A stretch of DNA of 64,000 nt from Pseudogymnoascus verrucosus. Lineage: Eukaryota. Location of the stretch: the NCBI GenBank assembly GCA_001662655.1, contig KV460258.1, one strand, 5' to 3'. A model generated the notes under the pieces. That model was given only the letters and a program-made list of their open reading frames with translations. It ran no database searches and was not told where the DNA came from. The translations under genes were made by a program, and so were the position numbers. Below, in pieces: positions 11,971-25,631 of the stretch (position 1 is its first letter; every line of letters begins with the position of its first letter).

Positions 11971-13748
11971 TTACGCCTTGCGCCGAGTGACATGACATGG
12001 CCAGTCGTACGGCACTGCCGTGAAATGGGATTTAAATGACCACTCGTGCTTTGGGTCTACCTGTCGAATATCAAAATCTCGCACCAAAGTCGCCGTGACC
12101 TTTGAGACTTCCATGCGGGCCAAGTTTTGGCCAGGGCATGAGTTGTAGCCAGCACCGAACTACGAGAATAGAGAGGTTAGGATTCGCCAGCTGCTGACAC
12201 CGGTTCGGAGTACTCACTTGTACCATATACTTCTCCATATCCTTTGCTCTCGGCTCGAGCCATCTCTGGGGGTTAAACGTATTTGCGTCGGCACCAAACA
12301 TCTCAGTGCTCCTGTGGATGACCCATGGATTGACACTCAGATGAGTCTAACAAATTGTTAGCATTGGACCCTGTTGAGGAGCATATCTCCAGGAAGACCC
12401 ACCCCCTGAGAAAAGACGCGGTCGCCAATCGTCAACCCCTCCTCTGGAACTACCCGTGCGAGGCCATGTGCCACGGCCGGATGGAATCTAAATGTCTCTT
12501 TGACCTGAGAAATGCTAAGTCAGCGGAGTAAACAATATATAAGCTCAGTGAGGCCTTACACAGGCTTGAAGGAATGGTAGTTCTCGCGCCTCCGCGTAGC
12601 TGACGACCCTGGATAGCTTCCCCTTCTCGCTGGCCTTGTCTATCTCTGCCCGCACCCTTGCGAGGTCCTCTGGACTCCTTAACAAATAATACCAGAATGC
12701 TTGGAGAGTTGCGCTGACAGTATCAGCTCCAGCGCCAACAGTTGCCGAAGCCACAGCTTGGATTTCCGTCTCTCCGAAACGTTCTGGGTGCGCTGCCTGA
12801 GCCTGCATCCAATGCTCCATCATATCCGTCCTTGCCTCTGTATTCTTCTTCCTGGAAGCGACGGCGCGTGAAACAGTATCAAAGATATGCTGTGATGGGG
12901 TTAGACCGAGCTTTCCCATCCACGGGTTCCCAAGAGTTGCGTCATGCACCGTCAGGAAGAAGCCGGCAATGGCAACGTAAAGGGTCAGGGCTCTGCTGTT
13001 TGCAATTGAACCGCCAATGTCGCTTGCAGTCTCGAGGAAGCCGAAGGCACGCGAGAAAGTGACCTCGCCTATGACATCGAAAGCAAGGTAGTTGAACCAC
13101 CTGTCAAAATCAACGGGTTGACCGGCCTCTGCAAGTTCATCCAGGCGCTTCTCGAGAAGTTCGATTGCATCGTTGATTTGAGGCTCGGATTTGATGATGC
13201 TTGAGAGTGTGTACCCGGCGGCAACATTCTTCGCTCGTTCAACGCGGCGTTTGGGGTTGACTTCTGACATTGGGGTCTGGAAACGGTGGTCTGGCAGCGC
13301 CATAACCTTGTACCAATCGATCTACAAGTTCACATACGTCAGAAGATGGGTCTAGGTGCTGCTTCTGAGCAACTGTACTTACTTTGGCGAGGGGGGTTAA
13401 GAGGATAGCACGTATGGCATCGGGATGGCTGACGCTGACTTCTTCATGGCTGATACGGACAAAATGTCCTATGACGGGTCAAATTAGGACAGAGCATCAA
13501 TGCCATGTTCACGAAACCTCACCATGCTTTTCATGCAGCGCAATCACTGTTACCTCGATATGCCCTGCTATGACCTCCCATATCTCCCACAAGGTCGAGA
13601 ATGAGGCCAAAAAAGGTCCTGGAATATCACTGATAGCGGAGAAGTATCGTCGGCGAACAGCAACGCTCACGACGTACGCAGCAAATAAAAAGACTGCATA
13701 TGTACCCACCCCCAACTCCAAGGCGAATGGCCCAAGAATTTGAACCAT
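11971..13748 (-). CDS. Cytochrome P450 (pisatin-demethylase-like group)
   Basis: N-terminal TM then IPGP, AFDVIGEVTFSRAFGFL, I-helix GAGADTVS, K-helix KETFRFHP, FNPQRWL, heme motif FGAGYNSCPGQNLA. At least five introns. Confidence 0.92.
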
Positions 13749-15274
13749 TGAAGCTGAGAACAAACGGGATTCTCTCAGTTATTCTCGGTTATTGGAGCAG
13801 AACGAAGAGACCAAAAGAAAGAGATGTACGAGCTATTTTGGGGGTTCCAACGGGAGCCTATCCTGGTTTTCTTGAGCAACGACGCATGTGAGCCAAGCAA
13901 AGCGTTACGTACTGAACTATACCACTATACCAAAGTATGATCGCAGACTGGTGAAGCACCCGTTTCGATATGCAGCGTTTGTGTAAAGACAGGCGTTGTG
14001 GGGATACTAACTGCCGTCATAAAGGTAGTTCCCGTAGGAAGTAGCTCAGGGCGTATCCAATGACCACAATGCTATTGGCTGCTGTAGAGTATGGCAGCCA
14101 ACACTTCCTCATCAACCTCCCAAATCCACGTTGCATCCAACTGTGGGGCATCCCACAGTTGGACCCGGGGCACTCGACGCTTGCCTTCTTACCCGGCGGG
14201 ATTCCGGGTCGTGCCATAGCTCCATAGCTAGGGTCTTCTTGGTGCATTCTCGGCTCCCTATTCGTGCTCCTCGAATACAAAAAACGCACCAACCCCAATA
14301 ATCAATACTCTTTCTCCACAGCTGCTCCACCACTGATCCTTCAGTGACACTTGCTCCTTTTATTACCGTTTCACTTTGTATTTGTCGTTGGCCATTCGTC
14401 TCCATAAAGGCGGCTCAGGGCACTCTCGTCGCGATCACCACGCCAGATGCCACAATAGGCATCTTTCTGTTCAAGTCTCTCTATGCATTCGTACTTCGTG
14501 CACGACAAGTGGTAGAAAATTAATCTTTGTCCCCACACGCTGGCGTGCGGGGACAAAGATCAATAGCCGGTCTGGGTAGATGGCTATTGCCCGACCTCCC
14601 GCAATTCGCACGTCCTGCCGAAGTGCCTGCGAACACACTTGTTTTTGACAGATTGATGCCGGCAGGTGGAGTTCCGCATCCGCGGGAAGGCTGAACGAGG
14701 CACCCCCATGCCTGTTCCCCTTTTCCTTGGACATTTTTCGTCGGGGACAGGGAGAGAGCAACAGCTGTAGTTGCATTCTTATCACATTCTGTCGTGGGCG
14801 CTCCACGAAGGGGAGGACTTTCCCGATGCACTGCCATGCTTGTAGCCATTCATGCCTTGAGATACGGGGAAAAAGCAATGTTACAATTGCTGATTGGGGA
14901 GTATGCCGAAGGACGATACCCTGTACCCACTTGGGGAATTGAAAAAGAGAGTGCTGCTCTGATACTGTCTGTATATTGCCAGGCCCACTCTTGTGCGTGA
15001 GGACTACCCTACCGGTGTTTAGTCTCCTTATACCATGTCTCCATTTCCCAGACAATCCTCAGTTCTTCTTGTGCGGTCTCGATCCTGGGGATCTTCAGTC
15101 GACGAGGCGCCCCAGACAAGTATGTGTGGACTCGCTGATCATCAGAATTTGATTGTTTTCGGTTCACGGGGGCCTTGATGTTGGAGTTTTAACATATAGC
15201 CCTCGACCTGCCGAACTCTTCGAGAGTCAACGCCGGTCGTCATTGTCGTCCGTGGATTAGGAGAACTGAAAATT

Positions 15275-16617
15275 ATGGTCGAAATCAAATCCCGTGGCCA
15301 AATCGCCCCGCTCGTCGTCTGTGCCGCATTTATTGTTATCACGGTAGCTTCTGTTGTCCTGCGAGTTGCTGGGAGGCGGATTAAGAATATTGCCCTCCAG
15401 GCGGAGGACTATTTGATTTTTGTTGCCTTGGTAATATCAACGACTTTAACGACACGATCTACTAGTTAACATCTTCTTAGGTCTTTGTCCTTGGGCTAAT
15501 AACGTGCGATATTATCGGTAAGTCGCTGCATTGATGTCTTGACGGAATGATCTAACGATTCTTGAAGGGGTTACCCATGGAGGTGTCGGCCGCCATGCTG
15601 CAGATATTATCGCCGAAGATGGTCCCCAGGTTCTGGTGGCATTCCTCAAGGTTTGTATTATATGCCTGTTATACCATCAGTCTATCAACTTCATCGCAAC
15701 CGGGCACCTCTGGACTTGACTGACGATAAAAAATTCACAGGACCTAGTGGCCATTCAGATGCTCTGGGCCACCAGTCTCATGTTCATCAAACTTTCTATT
15801 CTCTGTTTCTACATACGAATCTTTAACGTTAAACCATTCATCATGGCATCGATAGCGGTTGCAGTTCTCGTCGTCCTTTGGGCTCTCAGCGTCATTTTAT
15901 GCGGCTTCTTATTGTGCCGGCCCTTCGAATACAACTGGGATCAATCCATCGAGGGATCTTGCGGAGACCAGATCAAATCCTACATTATTACGGGAGCTCT
16001 TAACATTGTCACCGATGCTCTTGTACTCGGGCTTCCGATGCCCATGATCTGGAGGCTGAAGATAAACTTGCGGAGCAAGATTGCTCTGACAGGCATCTTC
16101 ACAATTGGATTTTTGTAGGCATACCCCATCCCAACCCTCCGGCTAAGCATCTAATTCCATGGCCGCTGACATCCCATCTCGCATTAGCATCTTTATCATC
16201 AGTATCATCCGCCTGAAATCCCTCATCACGGTCTCCTACGAAGATATTACCTATTCGGTTCCTGATGCGCTTATCTGGAGCATGCTCGAGCCTTCCCTCG
16301 GCCTCACCCTTGCCTCGATCCCCATCATGCGACCCGTCTTCTCCAAGATCTTCCCAGACAATACCCAGCAAGGAAACACTGGCCTCAGCAACACTAACCC
16401 GACCAGTAACAGCGGTTTGGCGCCGAAGAACTTCCAGCGCATTGATGAATACCCCTTGGATCCGATGCGACCGGACTTTTCCGAGAACCGCACATATGTC
16501 ACAGAGGGACGGGGCCCGTTTTATGACATGGAGAGTCAGAAGAGCTCACAGAGCGAGGCGGAGCTCGTTACGTCGAACATAAAGGTCAAGCAGGAGTGGG
16601 ATGTGAGGCGAACTTGA
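15275..16617 (+). CDS. PTH11-like integral membrane protein (fungal rhodopsin-domain, no CFEM)
   Basis: LRV..RR....LQAEDYLIFVAL, GGVGRH, FIKLSILCFYIRIF, LCRPFEYNWD...GSC, NIVTDALVLGLPMPMIWRL, WSMLEPSLGLTLASIP. Four introns. Confidence 0.88.
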
Positions 16618-17089
16618 GTGGTTAGAAAGGCTGATCCGGGGCGTTTGTATTATACTAGAATATGGCATTTGTGGCAAATTTATATACCAAGATACCTTTC
16701 GGTCCAATTTAATATATGATCCAAGTTTTCACGGTTGAAGTGAGAAGACAAATTAAGATTATTTCTGCCTTTTGTCTGTGTTGGGCTGTGAGTGGATGGC
16801 AAGAGAGGTGGGCATCACTTGTCGGAGCGGCGTATGATAAGTGTATTAAAAGGGCGGCGAGAGTTACTGTGCTATGTCTGGACTATTCTGAACCAAGAGA
16901 TGAAAGAAATACTCATCCAACCCATTTGCTTGTAAAATTCGGATCCTCTGATACAGAGACAGCTTAACTACATCTAGATCCCATACTCAAGCCCTTTAAA
17001 TCGCATTCGCTATCGAAGACGTCACAGTTACTCTATAAACCTGTTATCCTCGGTCAAGTTCTTTGTCACTGCCCAATGGGTTGGCTGAT

Positions 17090-17600
17090 GGCCGCAAATC
17101 CCGCGTTTGAAATTGTTTTCAGCGCTTCTTTATCGCCAACCATTTCCATCAACTCCACATCCACCCAGCCGTCTGTGAAGCTCTCTCTAAAGTCAATCAA
17201 CCAGGTATCATCTGTCTCATAATTGAGGTGAGAGTGCCAAACCAAGGGAGATTTAGGCGAATTATTGCGGGTGCCAATGGGGCAAATGTCTGCCACGGAC
17301 ATTCGCAGACCATTTTCTCAATTTCTTCTTGGGCATCTTGTTTCTCTTCGTCCTCGTTCCTGAAACTTGCACTGTTTTACGGAGAGAGAACTGATCTTAT
17401 TTAATAATCAGGAGGGCCAGTCGGGAAAATTGCAATGACAAATATATTCCCACAGAATATCTTGTCGTTGTCCTGACCGATTTCCGAATCAATTACTTGG
17501 CCGTCGTCGGACTTACCCTCCCACATAACTTGGCATTCTTGAGAGGGCATCAGCTCCCTTGTTGCGTCTAAGCAACGCACATGCAATATGGTGGCGTAAA
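17090..17600 (-). pseudogene. Decayed fungal protein-kinase-like gene fragment
   Basis: Fragments in different frames: DAQEEIEKMVCECPWQTFAPLAP and DDTWLIDFRESFTDGWVDVELME.VGDKEAL. The second resembles the W.IDFGG..T.GWVD..L....GD C-terminus of a fungal kinase-like family; the core appears deleted. Confidence 0.4.
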
Positions 17601-18164
17601 GATGATGTTTTGTACGTGATAGATAAGACATTATTGATTATTTTCATTGGTTCTAGTAATTGGCATTGGCTGGCTCGCTTGGCGTAGGATTATTGTGGTG
17701 TCAGGCCCCTATTTTTGGGCCCCTATTTATCTATTTTAGTTTGGTATGTCGGAGGATTCCTGAGCCTCGTAGGATTTTACCTCTTTACCCTTTTTTACTC
17801 TAAACTGACGTACTGTCATGTACTATACACGTAATTACTGTACAGCTCAAATGAACACAACGCTTGTTTTGTAGCTGGTAAATGACATTGCCTCTTTCAA
17901 TACATCGTCAATTACCTTTTGCATCGATCACCCATAGAGAGCGTACAGTACACAGCCTTTATCTGCGATGCAATGCACTGTACCTTGCAGTAGCGACAAC
18001 ATTCAACCTTACCCAACGGCTGGTAACTTAACTTCAATAAATGAACTTGAAAGGTCTCAAATTGCAATGTATCACACTAAGTAACCCCTCTTTGTATTTT
18101 GGTGTATATTTTATATGGATTTGGTACGTATATCAACAATATCACATTGAATTTTGCTAGGAAC

Positions 18165-19514
18165 CTATCCCCGAGAAACCCTACCTAGAATGCGGCTAAA
18201 CAACATCTCCAGCTTTCCGATGGCATCTTCGCAGATTTGATAATGTAACACCACCCTCGAACCGTCAAGACGGAGCCCATACTCAGCCCCCATCTCATTA
18301 AATAGCTCTTCCTCCACCTTGGCAGCCTTGAGGTCGACCCAGACTATGTTCGTTTCTGTCCGCCTCGACAATCTCCCGCCTTTTTCAATCCACATCCCCG
18401 CCACCCTCGAGGCCAAACGATGGGATCGTCGCAGTAGCCCACCATCTTTGTACCCCGATGGCCCAGGTCCAAATATGCTTTCCATGGACTCCCTGGCTGC
18501 ACTGCTCAGCACACCCACTTGTCGCATCGCGCCTCCCATTCCCTTCCGAATCCTCCTGGCCCTCGCCACAAAGTCGGCCCCACCGACAATAACCGCCCCC
18601 ATCGGCGCGCCAAGACCCTTTGAGAAATCCAGCCCGACGCTATCAAAACAGCTCGCATATTCCCGTAGGTTGCCCCTTCCAGCTGCGATGGCCTCCCACA
18701 GCCGTGCACCATCAAGATGCAGCTTCAGCCCATTTTCGCGTGCCCAGGCCGAAATCTTACGCGTTTCTTCCAGGGGCTGCACAATTCCACCTATTGTATT
18801 CTCAAGCGAGATGACGCGCGTAGGGCACTTATGCACGTCGTCTGACAGCACCACCTTTTTCTTGATATCTTCGACAGTCAAGAACTCCCCATTGGATGGT
18901 CGCGCAGTTTGAACCATTGCGCCGGTGAGACTCGCAATCCCACCAGCTTCCCAATGCAGAATGTGTGATCGAGAGTCTGCGAGAATTGCATGGGGCGGTT
19001 GAGTCAGGTGCGTGCGCAGGGCGAGCTGGTTAGCCATCGTGCCTGAGTTGACAAAGATTGCACCTGAAAAGCCAGTGAGGGAGGCCATGTGAGACTCGAG
19101 AGAAAGTGTAGCAGCATCCTCGCGATAGACATCGTCATCAAGAGAGCATCGAATTATAGCCTCGAGCGTGGAGAGCGTTGGCTTGGTGACTACGTCGCCT
19201 GCGAGGTGTTACTGAGAGTTTGGGTTGGGAACATGATGTGGGAGAAAGTGCTCACTGCGAAAATCAAATGCAGCGGATCCGGAGCTGCTCCATGCGATGG
19301 GGGCTGTTTGTAGGATACGCAGTGCTTGTGTAACTGCATCCTCATGTGGTTGTTCAGATAGCACTCTAGCATCTGCATATGCGGCTGTGCTCATGTATTG
19401 CCGCGGGAAGCATAACAGCGGCTTCGTCGACACGGGCAGAGCTTGCCGCCGAAGCTGGATTAATATTGTCCTGTTCATAACTGCTATTGTAGAGAAATTC
19501 TTCGTATGGAGCAT
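18165..19514 (-). CDS. GLY1: Low-specificity L-threonine aldolase
   Basis: AAFDFRS|DVVTKPT, DDVYRED, FVNSGTMANQLALRTHL, HILHWEAGG, ISLENT, LHLDGARLWEA, SKGLGAPMG (PLP lysine). Intron about 19199-19255. Start uncertain. Confidence 0.9.
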
Positions 19515-20406
19515 CTAAGTCCACTCGGTTCACTTTTGTACTTAGGGGGGCAGGCATTTACGTCTCACTGCCACACTCCGGACTTTTGGTTGCATATTCC
19601 TACGTCTGTCCGGATATCACGCAAATAGGATGGCGCTCTTGGTGCCTGGGCATATAAAATCGCCCGTTGTAAGATTAATAGTAAAATGAGGTGGTACGCA
19701 GTAAGCTGAGAATCTGATACGAGACGGAGAATGCAACCTATTTGGTCCGGTTCGCTCATAGGTCACAAAGCTCTACCAAATCACCGCTTATCACATGCGT
19801 TATACGGGATGAAGGCTCCTGCTTGGGGAGAGATTCTTGGTTGCGCCATACTAAAGCCGGAAAGCCACCCGCAACTAAAAACGCATATTAGCGTTTCTGG
19901 GGATCAGGGCCACTCACAGCCCGTTGCTGGCGTCATGTTGGCGCACTCGGTAGTGATCCGCAAATATACTGAATCCTTCGAGTCTTTCGGGAATAACCAA
20001 TTTTTTATTTCAAATACTGAACCATGGCTAAATTTCATAGGAAACGTACCCCACAGGTTAATATCGAACGTAACAGTTTTGGCGGTGACGGAAAAAGTGA
20101 GTGCATATACGATAAATTTCTAAGTGGATGTATGTGGTGGAGCACTCACACCGTCTCACCCGAAAGCCTAGGCGCTGACATGACAGTCCCTCAATTCAGC
20201 CCCTTTCATTTTTAGATGTCGCAAGACACAAACTATAGATTTACAATCATCGTTGATTACTGTGTCACTGAATTTACTACGATCGTCATGCAGTGTAACC
20301 AATTATTGCATATACTGTGCTTGCCATGCTCTGCGAGTAGCCAATATTTTCAAACTTTAATTCTTGTGCAATCACTTACGTTTTGAATCTTCTCTTTTTG
20401 GCCAAG

Positions 20407-22240
20407 ATGAACCTCTTGGAAAAAGGTGATGACAAGGACATTGAGGCATTATCAGGACTCGGCATCGTCAGCGATGACAAGTCGACGATTACAAAATCTA
20501 CTATAGTCGAAGTCGAACTAGACCTCGAGTTGGAGGAAACTCTGAAGAAGTTCGGCCTCAGACTCGAAAGCGATGGGTGCTTGAATTGGCAAATGGATGC
20601 CTCTGCGCATCCGAGGAATTGGAGCGTCTCGAGGAGGGCTTTTAATACTTCGGTTCTTCTTGCTTTGGATCTTTACACGTAAGTTCTCAAATCAACTGGT
20701 ACTGGGTATATGATTGGTGTCTCTAGTAGCTCATATCATAATTGCAGAACTGCCATCAGTACATCCGGGGTATGCTCTTATAGTTTAAGGTTTTTAAAGG
20801 AGGGGTCTGACTCGCACCTATTATAGCCGTCCATGGCCCAAGCCGCCATGAAAGAGATGGATTTGGGTCACATCAAGTCGCTAATAGCGTTCAGTTCCAT
20901 GTTGGTTGCTCAACCCCCATACAAATACCATTCTAATATTCAGCTGTAGGTATCAATTTGGGCAAGCTCTCGGCGGAGTTGTTTTCCCGCCATATTCCGA
21001 ATGCTTCGGTAGAAAGGCCGTGTACATCGCGACTACGTTGATATACTGTCTCGCATGTGTACTTACAGCTGAAGTGCCGACAATGACAGGAGTCTGTGTG
21101 GGGCGATTTATCTGCGGGATAATGTCTGCTGTTCCCTCAGTAGTGGTTGAGGGAAGCATCGAGGACCTCTTCAACATGAAATCTCGGGTATGGATCATCT
21201 TCTTATGGGCCTGTGCAACGACAGCAGGACTCGTACTGGGGCCAATTTATGGTGCATATATATCTGCATACTGTGGGTGGTACGTATCTTATCCTACAGA
21301 CGACGTCGACACGGTTATTAACTGGAGATCTAACAGGAAATGGGTTCTTTTCACAGGAGCCATAGTGACCGGCGTCTTCACGCTCCTCCTCCTTTTCATA
21401 CGCGAAAGCCGACCCTCACGTCTCCTTGCCCAACAAGCAGCCAGGCTCCAACACGAAAAGGGGCTCTCCTATCCCATCCACAGTGCCGATGCTACTCCCA
21501 ACCTCGCCACCTTCAGCAGAATAGCGCTTATCCGTCCACTCCGCCTCTTCTTCACCGAACCTATCGTCTTCGTTTGTTCCCTTATGATGGCCGTCTCCTG
21601 GGCACTCATCTACCTTTTCGCCGAGTCACTTCCCTCTGTCTACGCTTCTCTCGGTTTCACGGGCCCCTCTACCTCCCTGGCATTCATTCCTCTCCTTCTC
21701 GGCATCCCTCTCAGTATCCTTTTCCGCATCCACGATCAGCGCGTTCTAGGTCGCCGCGAATGCGCCAATCTCGCTCTAAATCCCGAACAGAAACTCACTG
21801 GATTTGTCATTGCCGCCCCAGCTCTTGCAGTCGGCCTCTGGATCTTCGCCTGGACCGTTCCCCCTGCCGTACCTCACCTACATTGGGCTGTCTCTATGAT
21901 TGGTCTCGTCCTCGTCGGTTTCGCCACCAACGAATTTGCGTGTACGCTGTCGGGGTATCTGGCAGATAGCTACACTATCTACGCCTCGTCTGCGTTTGCA
22001 GCGCTGGCATTTTTGCGAGCCATACTGGCAGGAGTCTTTCCGTTATTTGCGCCGAGGATGTATAGCGCGATGGGTCAGAACTTGGCATCGACTGTGTTGG
22101 CAGCCGTGGCGACATGTTTTTGCGGAGCAGCACTGTTGTTTATGAAGTATGGGAAGACCGTCAGGCAGAAAAGTAAGTTTGCTGGGCACAGTTTGGTGGT
22201 CAATAGGGCGACGCAGGTTAAGGGGGATAATGTGGAATGA
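20407..22240 (+). CDS. MFS transporter, DHA1 drug:H+ antiporter family
   Basis: HPRNWS..RR, PYSECFGRK, LGPIYG, ESRPS.LL, RPLRLFFTEPIV, YLADSYTIYASSA, AGVFPLFAPRMY. Several introns including a ~22-nt micro-exon near 20748-20769. Confidence 0.9.
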
Positions 22241-22639
22241 TAAGCGCTCTCTGGGAGTGGGCTTTGGTGAAGTGCAGATATTGAAAATCACAACCAACGG
22301 ATGATAAAATGACATTTGCGCCGGTTAAAAGTCTGAAGTATAGATCGAGGATAACATGCATCTAGAAGTTCGAAATAGTTTGCACTTCCTGTTGTTGCTC
22401 AGATTATTTAAATAAAACAGAGTAAATAAATAATCTAGAATACGTTATTGTCATTTTAGCAGACTAGTTATTTAACAATGAAGGAAAGGGGATTTTTTTA
22501 GTAACATTAATTGCAGCTATCATATCGACGTTGTACTGTCGAGTAAAATGAACTGAGCAATAAATCAATAAGTTGGGCTTGATGAAGAACCATCTTTTCC
22601 CTTTCCAGCTACGGATGCCTTTCTTATACGAATCACCCC

Positions 22640-24472
22640 TCACAGCTCCCCAACCCCACTCAGATTTTCCTTCTTCATCCACTCCCCCACAACACCACTA
22701 TAGTCATGCACCCCATAGTACTCAAAGATCTCCCTCCATCCCCCCTTTCTCTTCGTCTCGATCCCCAAATCCCGACACAGCGTATCAATAAACGGCACAA
22801 TCTCAAACACCATATCCGCCGACTTAGCGCCCAACCCATTCGACGCCCTATACCTAAAGAACCGACTCTCCAGCAGCGCCTGCCTCGCTGCCTCTTCCTC
22901 ACCGGGCAATTTCACACTTAACTTGTCCGCGAAAAATGCCGTGATCCATAGTGCGTGCATCTCTGCAATCCAGAAGCCTCGCAGACCGATAGCTGCAAGC
23001 CCGCAGTATGCGAGGTTCCGCGACGACAGGAAAGCAGGAGGTATGGCATGGCGGTAGGCGCGGTAAGCAGGCTCGTTGGCACGCTCGCGGTCTATGCTGG
23101 TGCCATGGGGGGGCTGGTCCTTGAGTTCGGGGAAGCGGCGCATGATTTCGGCGTCTGCGGCGGCGATGGTGGGGTCGGTGGGAGGGGCGGGCCCGACGGC
23201 GAGTTTGGGGGCTAAAGAGGCGGGGAGGATGGGGAAGGAGGGGGCGTGGGACCAGCCCGTGCCGTATATGAGAGCATCGGCGGGGAGGGTGGTGTTGTTG
23301 GAGAGGTGGACGCTGGATTTGGAAAGGGAGGTTATGTCGGAGATATGGACGTGGACGAGGTCTTTGTGGATGAGAGAGAAGAAATCGGTGGGGTGGTTGA
23401 GGATGCCAACGTTGGTGCCTATCCATACGACGCTGCCATGGGGGATCAGCTTTTTGGTTTCGGGGTGGTCATTGTATTTCGTCTCCTCGACGGAACCGTG
23501 GTCTATTTTTCCGAAGATGAAACGTAGGAGTGCTCTTCCAATCCTGGTGTCGTGGAGTAGTCGACGGATCATGGGGTAACCGTCGTCATATATGCATGGA
23601 CTGAGAAATGTCATGAACCGTGTTGTGGCGAGTTTTTCAAATTGTAGTTTTAAGGGAGAGACGTAAGAGTGGAGCAGCCAAGCTGGGCCGCGACCGGAGT
23701 CTTTTAATGGTTCAGATAGTGACTTGAATATTCAACGGTGGGTGCTCACCTCTAATTACCCAGTCGACGTGTCTACCCTTTGAGGCATTGTGGTAGACTG
23801 CATCGACAGCAGATTTTGAGCCGCCGAAGACGACAACATTGTCTGCTTCACTCAAATCGTTCGCATGCTTACTCAGATCTTTAAAATGGAAAGCATGGCC
23901 TCCAAATTCATCACTTCCCTTTATATTTGGAATATTTGGCGTTGAGGTAGCGCCAGTTGCCAGAACCATCCTCTTCGCAATGAGCTCGTGTTGCTCTGTC
24001 CCCTCTCCGTCGGCACCATGCGCAACATCGTACTTGATATGCCACTCGCCTCCTTGCAGAAGCTCAGCAGATGTCACCGTAGAACGGAGTTTGATTCTCT
24101 CATAAACACCAAAGTGCTGCGCATACGCTGTAAAGTACCTATGCATCACCAATCCTGGAACGTGAGCGTCGGGCGGCACACCAAATGTCTCAAAGTCCAT
24201 AGGAAAATCCCCGAACTCGAGTGTGCCCACAAGGTTATTGGTATAGAGATCATCGTATATGCGCTCGGCGCACCACGTACCGCCAAGGCTCTTGCCGCTG
24301 TCAAGAACAAGTAGTCGCGTGGAAGGATTGACTTGTAGATAGGTCTTGGCCATTGCGAGGCCGAATAATCCTGTTTTTGTTAACTTTTGTCTCGTCGAGA
24401 GAGGAGAAAGGAGGTATTACCCGCCCCGATGACTACGAGGTCATATTCTTCCGCGGTGCTGGTACTGCCCAT
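22640..24472 (-). CDS. Flavin-containing monooxygenase-like protein
   Basis: YDLVVIGAG|LFGL FAD motif, LGGTW, LATG, FGGHAFH (FMO-type motif), VFGGSKSA NADPH motif, DALIYGTGW. Two introns. Confidence 0.88.
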
Positions 24473-25631
24473 GTTGATTTTTTCGGCTTACTGGGTGCTG
24501 AGTGACTTGCTTGTTTTCGCTGCGAATGACTTGTTTGCTGCGGATCTCGTTGCGATTTCATCAATCTTTCGTAGCTGGATCGCAAATGGGACTGATCGAG
24601 CCGGAGATATTCGAACTGAGCGACTGCTCGCCAGCTTACGAAGGATTGCCCCGCTGGGGGTGCACAGTGTCTCAACGTTCCATACTGCCTGCCAACCTCG
24701 GAGTCGCGAAGGATCGAGCATCCATTTTGGGTTAGACCAAGGGCACGATCGGGGTTTGGGGGTTCTAGTGGCGGGAAGAACTTAAGCGGGGCGTGCCGTC
24801 GATCCGCCCCCTTTAGGGCCTTGGTATTCCACATATACCATGGTTGGATGTGGAGATATCGAGATCAACTGGAGGGATTGATTCCCTCGGATGGATTCTA
24901 GAGATGCGATGGTTTGATCTTACCGTATTATATTGCCTAGGCAAGTTGATGGGATGCTAGGTTATCGCCATCGCGATGTCGTTGTCGATCTGGGCCTTGG
25001 CTCCTGCTTCCCTTGCTTCAACTTCTGGATTTGTCCTCTAACGTCTGTCAGACCTATATTTTCTGCCAGGTACAGTGTTCGCGCTGCCCCTGTCCAACTT
25101 CAGCTTACTCGCGTATACGTTAATTACTCTTGTGGCACTCGGTTGAGTGAATATCGCAGTGGATGTGTCCACTGAATTGTCGAGTTGTACGCGTGGAAAC
25201 GTTCTTATAAATGAAAACAAACAAAATTTCCTCGTAGCCAGAGATCGGCCGAGATCTCGAGGCAAGGGTAAACTCACCTGCATAACCGTTGCGCCAACTG
25301 ATTATATATTTGTTTCACATCATCAAATGATCTCTGTCATCGGCCGGCTCGTGCGTTAGCCACTTGGCTCCTTGCTTGGCAGTGGAGTAAGTCACTTCCG
25401 CCACAAGGCTTAAACTATCACCAAAATAACACATGATCACTTTATATCCATAGATAATATTTATACCAATAGATAATGCAACGCGCGCTCATAGTTCAAA
25501 TATGTGTGGCTGATTATAGCAGTTTGGAAAATCCCGCCCATTAAATCGATCCAATACCTCCGAAGCATGCCAGCTTGCCGACCCACCCCCTACCAATTCC
25601 CATAATTTGCGCCTGAAAAACTCAAGATGAT

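Noticed and set aside
13900..15200. Several 60-194 aa ORFs between the P450 and PTH11-like genes
   Set aside because: No recognisable domains or coding-like composition; treated as divergent promoter DNA.
18319..18912. 197-aa plus-strand ORF
   Set aside because: Antisense to threonine aldolase; no motif.
21340..21969. 209-aa Arg/Pro/Ser-rich ORF
   Set aside because: Alternative frame inside the DHA1 transporter.
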